From Octopus bimaculoides (Eukaryota): 45,274 nucleotides of DNA. The stretch lies in the NCBI RefSeq assembly GCF_001194135.2, contig NC_068995.1, positions 49,152,017 to 49,197,290 of the forward strand. Reading direction: 5' to 3'. The notes beneath the pieces were generated by a model. The model did no database searches. It had not been told where the DNA came from and worked only from the letters and a program-made list of their open reading frames with translations. The position numbers and the translations under genes were made by a program. Shown here piece by piece: positions 38,545-45,274 of the stretch (its first letter is position 1; each line of letters opens with the position of its first letter).

Positions 38545-39465
38545 ATATAATACGTAAGTATATGCGTAAGTATATATCTATATGAATAATGTAAGTATAC
38601 GTGTATGTATGAGTATTGTATTGATATATGTATGAATATGTGTCTGTGTGTTGTGAACATGTAGACATACAATGCTTTGAATTATTAATATGCACGCTGT
38701 AATATATAACATCCCGGCTTTCTCTATGTCAAAAAGTGACCACAGAAATGTTTATATACATGATTATATACATTCGCCAATAACACGGATAAATTACAAT
38801 CTTCTTGCTTCTTTGAAAACCGATTATTAAATTGCACATGCACAAGTTGACAATCGTTGATCGCAGTGGTGAGCCAGTTGCTATTCCATCGGACAGTTTT
38901 ATTACAGCGTAACAAACAACAGCGCTACGTGTAGTAACGACGCTCTAGAAAATTTTTGTACCCCTGCGTATATATGTATGTCTGTGTGTATGTATATATC
39001 TGTGTTATGCGTGTGAACGCACATATACAAGTACTTTCACATATATATATACACACACACACCTTTCAAGATCAACGAATTCTGCTGCCATTAGCTACCT
39101 TTGCTTCGTCATGTCTCTCCTATCTTTTACCTTCCTCTTGCTCCGTGTAGCATGAACCTTCGCTCTCTATTTATTTATTTATTTGCTGCCAGCTTCATCA
39201 CTGCATACTACTATTTCGCTACTACATCAATGTAACGCTCTCTCTCCCTCTCGCTTTCTCTCTCTTATAACAAGCCAACACCTAAAAACTTTCTCTAAAA
39301 ACTTCCAACTATAAACCCCGCTCCACCCCTTACTGCCCTCATCTCTTCAGTTGATTAGATTAGAGTAGTCAGTTAGTGTGTTATGGTGAAATGCTAATGA
39401 TATAACGTAATTACTCTCTCTGAATAAGTAATGTTACTAGTGTAATACACACACACACACACACA

Positions 39466-39509
<44 letters not shown>

Positions 39510-39668
39510 GTGTGTCTGTGTGGCTGACGGCGCGGTGTGGATAGTGATGAAAGGGGGTTGAGTGTTGGAGTTTTGTGTGAGATTGAACCGAACTGAACTG
39601 TGCCTCATTGTGCGTGACACATACATACACATTGTCAAACAGACGTTTTTGTATGTACAACATTATAC

Positions 39669-39718
<50 letters not shown>

Positions 39719-40189
39719 GCATGTATGTATAAATGCATATGCGCACATATATACAATAATATACATATACACATAAATACACACACACATATATGTATAC
39801 AAACAGACACACTCACATATATGTATGTTATATATATACATATATATATATGTGGATAGATAGATAGATAGATAGATAGATATTCATATACATATATATA
39901 CAGATATGGATGTATATACACAGATATACATATCCATCCATCTATACACATGTTGGCAAAAAGCATAACGTGTGTGTTAACTCCCCACATGCTGTACATA
40001 CTACACAGAAAAGACGCGCACACAAAGTACCCGCGTGTTTATATATATACCCGTGTGTTTATTATATACACCCGTGTAATCAAACACATACACATTATTG
40101 ATGATGCTGGACTCCAACAGAGAGAATAATTTATTCTCGATTACAACCACCATCACTAGAAAAAAAACAACAAAAAAACATTGCCGCCA

Positions 40190-41180
40190 ATAGTAAAACT
40201 AACTACTTCTACTATCCCTTAGTACCACCACAACTACAATCACCACTACTACTACTACTACTACTACCACTACTACTACTACTACAATCACCACTAGCAG
40301 TGCTACTGCAACTACCACCACCACCACCACCGCCGCCGGTACTAAATTCTACTGTGAAACGCTATCCGCCACTGTTACTATCTATTTCTAGCAACCCCAA
40401 TACTCAGACTACTACCGCTACAACCACAAAATCATTGACGTTATACCACCACCAATAGCACTACTACCCATACCAGCCCAGCTATTATTATTATTATTAT
40501 TATTATTATTACAGCAAGCATCACTGTTATCGATACCCTAGCACCCATTATACACCCCCATACAACTATCACCATAGCTAACACTGTACCCATACCACCA
40601 CAACCACTTCTATAACCATACTGTTATCCTAACTACCAATAGGTAACACTTAGATTAACTCTCACCACCACCACTGTTGCTAGTACTACTATACACCTAT
40701 ACTGTGCTACTACCACCTATACTGTATCTGCTACTATCACATATACTGTTTCTGCTACTACCACCACTACCACAGCTAACAGTTACTACACCACTAACTT
40801 GAACCACATTACAACTACCATCACCACCACCACCACCACCATTACCACTCCACCACTATAGTTTAACACTGCTACAGCACCACTACCATCACCACTGCTA
40901 CCACCACCCTATCTTAACACTATCATAACGACAACTACCACTACCATCGCAATTTTAACACCATCACCACCGCAGTTTTAACGCCACCGCCACAACCACA
41001 GCACATGTAACAATAACACTACCACCAACACAGTGCAGTTACACCATTGTATGACCGAACCACCTCTACCGACCGACACCACAACTAACACTTATTTTAC
41101 CGCCACCACCACCATTACCATCACCGCACTTTAACACCACTACCACCGTCACCACCGCCAATACTCTCAACCATATACAT
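40190..41180. repeat. About 1 kb degenerate (ACT/ACC)n cryptic simple repeat
   Basis: Strongly C/A-biased trinucleotide periodicity with no long open frame. Confidence 0.85.
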
Positions 41181-41800
41181 TATTAAAACGCTAACAAGAT
41201 GATTGCAACAGCCATGGTGTTATTATTTCTGGCATCTTTCACATTAGATCAATTAAAAGCCGACACACAAACCAAAGAAGATCAGACATCGTATAAAGTA
41301 TTTCAGCTCCACTCACACCGCTGTAGTTTTAGAATTGGGCTGCTAGAGAGAAACACAAAGGTGATAGATTGTGACACAACCACACACACACACACGTGCT
41401 AGATATAACAACACCAACACCAACACCAACAACTACTACTACTTCTACAAACGCTGCTCTTATTGGCGATGTTATTGTTGTTGCTGATTTTGTTGTAGTG
41501 GTGTTTGGTCGTTGTTGTGCTGTCAGTGTTGATTCTGTCACCGTTGTTGTTGGTAGCTGTTGCTGTTATCGAACAATGCTGGATATTCGTGTTGCTAGCC
41601 GTCTTTTTGTTAGTCACTTTTTTTTGTTTCGGTCTCGTTTTTTTTGGTTCTTTGTTTGTCTTTTCTGCAGATTTATATTCTTGTCACAATATCAAATGCT
41701 GTGATTTTTTGTTGTTCTTGCAATAGTCATTATTGTTGTTTATTTACGTCAGTTGTTGTCATTGGCTCTCTTCACACCACTGTATTTTTTTTTTATTGTT

Positions 41801-42175
41801 GGCTGTGTGGTAAGTAGCTTGCTCACCAACCACACGGTTCCGGCTTCAGTCCCACTGCGTGGCACTTTGGGCAAGTGTCTTCTACAATAGCCTCGGACCG
41901 ACCAAAGCCTTGTGAGTGGATTTGGTAGACGGAAACTGAAAGAATCCCGTCGTATATATGCATATGTGTGTATATATATGTGTGTTTATGTGTCTGTGTT
42001 TGTCCCTCCAACATCGCCTGACAACCGATGCTGGTGTGTTCGGCAAAAGTGATCGATAGAATAAGTAGTAGGCTTACAAAGAATAAGTCCTGGGGTCGAT
42101 TTGCTCGACTAAAAGGCGGTGCTCCAGCATGGGCGCAGTCAAATGACTGAAACAATTAAAAGAGTAAAAAAAGAG
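41801..42175 (+). mobile_element. SINE family B (best-preserved copy)
   Basis: (T)GGCTGTGTGGTAAGTAGCTTGC A-box head, ttcagtcccactgcgtggcac, internal (TA)/(TG) tract, ends gactgaaacaattaaaagagtaaaaaaagag. Confidence 0.93.
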
Positions 42176-42458
42176 TATATATATATATATATATATATTG
42201 TTTGTGTTATATTCTTGCTAGCCCGTCTAACTTCCGTTCTTGGCAAAACGAAACCGTCGTCGTATTCGTATTCGTTGTTGTTGGTCTCATCATTTACTCT
42301 TTGTTTATGTTTGCTTGTGATTGTTACTGCTGTTGTGGTTTTCTTTGGATATGGTCGTTTGTTGTTGTTGTTTTGACTTAATCAATTATTTTGCTGTCTT
42401 CGGAAGTCTATCGCTTCAGTGGTTGTTTGTCGTTGTTGTCTTCGAATTTATTGTCCTC

Positions 42459-42459
42459 T

Positions 42460-42493
<34 letters not shown>

Positions 42494-42497
42494 GCTG

Positions 42498-42538
<41 letters not shown>

Positions 42539-42582
42539 GCCGCTACTACTGATAACTACGACTGCTGCTACTACTACTATTG

Positions 42583-42615
<33 letters not shown>

Positions 42616-42645
42616 TTGCTACTACTACTACTACTACTACTATTG

Positions 42646-42684
<39 letters not shown>

Positions 42685-42775
42685 TTGCTACTACTACTAT
42701 TGCTACTACTACTACTACTACTACTGTTTTGTTGTTATTATTGTTGTTTTATTATTATTATTATTATTATTATTT
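42459..42775. repeat. (CTA)n array with TTG/CTG interruptions, then (TTA)n
   Basis: Read directly from the sequence. It is the source of the poly-L, poly-T and poly-Y ORFs. Confidence 0.97.
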
Positions 42776-43440
42776 GTAGAGAAATACATACACACGCTGT
42801 CACCAGAATTACCGTCATTAACCAGGAACACCATTACCCTCCGACGATGACCACCAACACCACCACCACCACCACAACAACAACAACCACTACCACCACC
42901 ACTACTACAACTAATACTACTGATCTTACCTTTTTCCCCTTTAAGATCATAACCGTAATTCTATCAACGAATATCGACATCATTATTTTATCACCGCCAT
43001 CACAATCACCACGATCATCATTAATGATCCCCACTGCCCCTACTGCCACCATCGTCAACGGCACCATCATTATTGGTATGATCATCATCGTGGTGCAATA
43101 TGTCGGCAACAGTGATTAATTTGATTAAGATTTGTCTGTCCTCGTTTCCAGGACGACACATCAAAAGCCATTTCCACGCGTTCGACACACTGTCAAAACC
43201 ACCACCATCACCACCACCACCACCACCATCATCACTATCACCATCATTAACACCACCAAGTAGTACCAGTATCACCCATCATGACAGTACCATCAACCAC
43301 TCCACCACCACCAACAGGAGTGTGTAAATTCTAACACATCCACTAGGGCTGCTTCTGCTGCTGCTGTTGCTGCTGCTACAAATACTACTACTATTACGAT
43401 GACGACGTCTATAGTTGCTGCTAGTAATAATAATAATAAT

Positions 43441-43570
43441 AATAATAATAATCCTTTCTACTATAGGCACAAGGCCTGAAATTTGAGAGAACGGGGACTA
43501 GTCGATTACATCGACCCCAGTGCATAACTGGTACTTAATTTATCGACCCCGAGAGGATGAACGGCAAAGA
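43441..43570 (-). mobile_element. SINE family A, 3' half
   Basis: aataatcctttctactataggcacaaggcctgaaattt...gtcgattacatcgaccccagtgcataactggtactta...atcgaccccgagaggatgaacggcaaag. Confidence 0.92.
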
Positions 43571-43593
43571 TAGACAAACAGACGGACGAATAT

Positions 43594-43688
<95 letters not shown>

Positions 43689-44389
43689 TACATATCTGTT
43701 TTAAATGTAAGATGGTATACATTAAGATGTCTTACAATCTCATCAGAACTGTTGAAGAAGAGACAAAATGACTGTAAAACAGAAAGAACATGTCATTCTC
43801 CAAATATTATTATCACTGTCGCTGTCACCACCGCCATCATAAGATATTTTTCTCCAGATTATCTATTGTATCTATCTTATGTGTTTTAATTAACACCAAC
43901 GCAAGTCTTCACAATGATGAGTAGATAACAATCACCACCACCACCGCCACCGCCACCACCAACGCCGCCGCCACAATGACGAAACAAAAACGATGGAAGA
44001 GGTTCTACCTCACAGCAACACCGAAAATTTTGCCGACTGTCGCAAGGAAAAGATAACATTGGACAAATTATAGCGCATAATATGCTAAAAGATGGGATGG
44101 TCACGACAGGAAAGACCTTATCCATAGGTATACTTGTTCAAGGAGTAGATTAGGAATCGAACATCCACCGTCATCAAACGAAAATCGTACAGCAATTTTT
44201 CCAAGATGGTTGCTATGGCTTTAAGTCTTTAAGTTGTACCACTGAGCTTGCGTAAGAAGATCTACAATGAAAATACACTATAGCCATGGCTATTTCTTTT
44301 ATTCTGCAAAGCACGGTCTACCTACATCAGACCATCAGCTACAGTGACTTTTCCTCCATTATCAAGCCTATTTAAAAACCTTGTAGAAT

Positions 44390-44588
44390 TGAGAGCTCGA
44401 CGGACAAATTTCTCACCGATATTTCTTCCGGTTTTACTGTTCGGAGGTGAAATGCCGCCGAGATGGACTTAACCGTTCACTCTTATGGTAGTCGATAAAA
44501 CACGTACCAGTCGAACACTGGGGTTGATATAATCAACTAGCGCTCTCTCATCGAAACTTCCAGACGGTTGTAATCGAAAGGATTATTA
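44390..44588 (+). mobile_element. SINE family A (diverged)
   Basis: aaatgccgccgag...gtcgataaaacacgtaccagt...cactggggttgatataatcaact...gaaaggattatta. Confidence 0.75.
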
Positions 44589-44799
44589 CAGCCTTTATCA
44601 AGATACTAGAAGAGTGATGATATGAAGGAGGCTTAGCTGCTAATTCTAGCAAAGTCGTGTTTGACAAAGTAGAGACGTAGAGAAATTAATGGCTGCCATC
44701 ATGCAATGAACCAACAAACCATAAACGTTGATTAACAATTCAATTATAAAAGGGGGAAAAACAAAAACCATGGCTCATCACGAAGTTACTGGAATTATT

Positions 44800-44965
44800 G
44801 TTTCTACTTTAGTTACAAAGCCAGAAATTTTAGGGGAGAAGGACTGACTAGTCGATTACATCGATCCTAGTGCTGTATAACTGGTACGTACTTCTTTTAT
44901 TGACCCCACCAAAAGGATGAAAGCCAAGGTCAACCTCAACAGGATTTGAACTCATAGACGATCAA
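44800..44965 (-). mobile_element. SINE family A (diverged)
   Basis: gaaattttagggg...actagtcgattacatcga...actggtac...aaaggatgaaagccaaggtcaacc...atttgaactc. Confidence 0.8.
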
Positions 44966-45274
44966 ACGTACCCTCCTTTCTTTCTCCAGCAGACAGACGC
45001 CTTCTCTCACACACTACCTGTGTCTCTTTTATGAATACCTGTACACTTTCATGATACTTTCTCAGTTACCTCTTGTAAAGAGTCTTGAGAACATTCTCTT
45101 AATATTCCACTTCTGTCATTATATATATATATATATATGATATATATGTATATATACACACACATACATACATATATTTAATTATTGTGAATCAACGAAA
45201 TTTGATAGATTGACAGATAATGGATTGACAATAAGAGTGGTATGTAAGATAGATATCAACATAGCCATTATATA

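Noticed and set aside
41199-41402. 67-aa ORF with a signal-peptide-like N-terminus (MIATAMVLLFLASF...)
   Set aside because: Short, antisense to the intron, ends in a (CA)n repeat, and has no recognisable family or processing sites. Chance hydrophobic starts are common in AT-rich DNA.

Overview
AT-rich animal genomic DNA, dense in microsatellites, with 13 N-gaps. The SINE types and the (TA)n/(GA)n load suggest an octopus short-read assembly; this is inferred from recognised repeats, not searched. The only host coding sequence I can support is the last exon of a COUP-TF/seven-up (NR2F) nuclear receptor on the minus strand (16881-16607). It follows a phase-1 acceptor and encodes (D)[91 protein letters not shown] found no upstream exon, so 16882-45274 is probably one intron of at least 28 kb, and 1-16606 is 3' UTR plus downstream DNA. 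The rest is about 20 copies or fragments of tRNA-derived SINEs, decayed LINE and Penelope-like remnants, and simple repeats. Nearly all other entries in the ORF track are microsatellite or N-gap artefacts. The best candidates for a second look are: a perfect 62-bp inverted repeat about 250 nt upstream of the splice acceptor; a compact cluster of nuclear-receptor half-sites (AGGTCA DR0, 2x TCAAGGTCA, AP-1) 1.2 kb past the stop codon; a CpG contrast between intron and downstream DNA that is visible even within one SINE family; two fossil C2H2 zinc fingers missed by the ORF track; and a minimal hammerhead-like core. I see no evidence for a new multi-gene system. These are regulatory or RNA-structure hypotheses around a known developmental gene.
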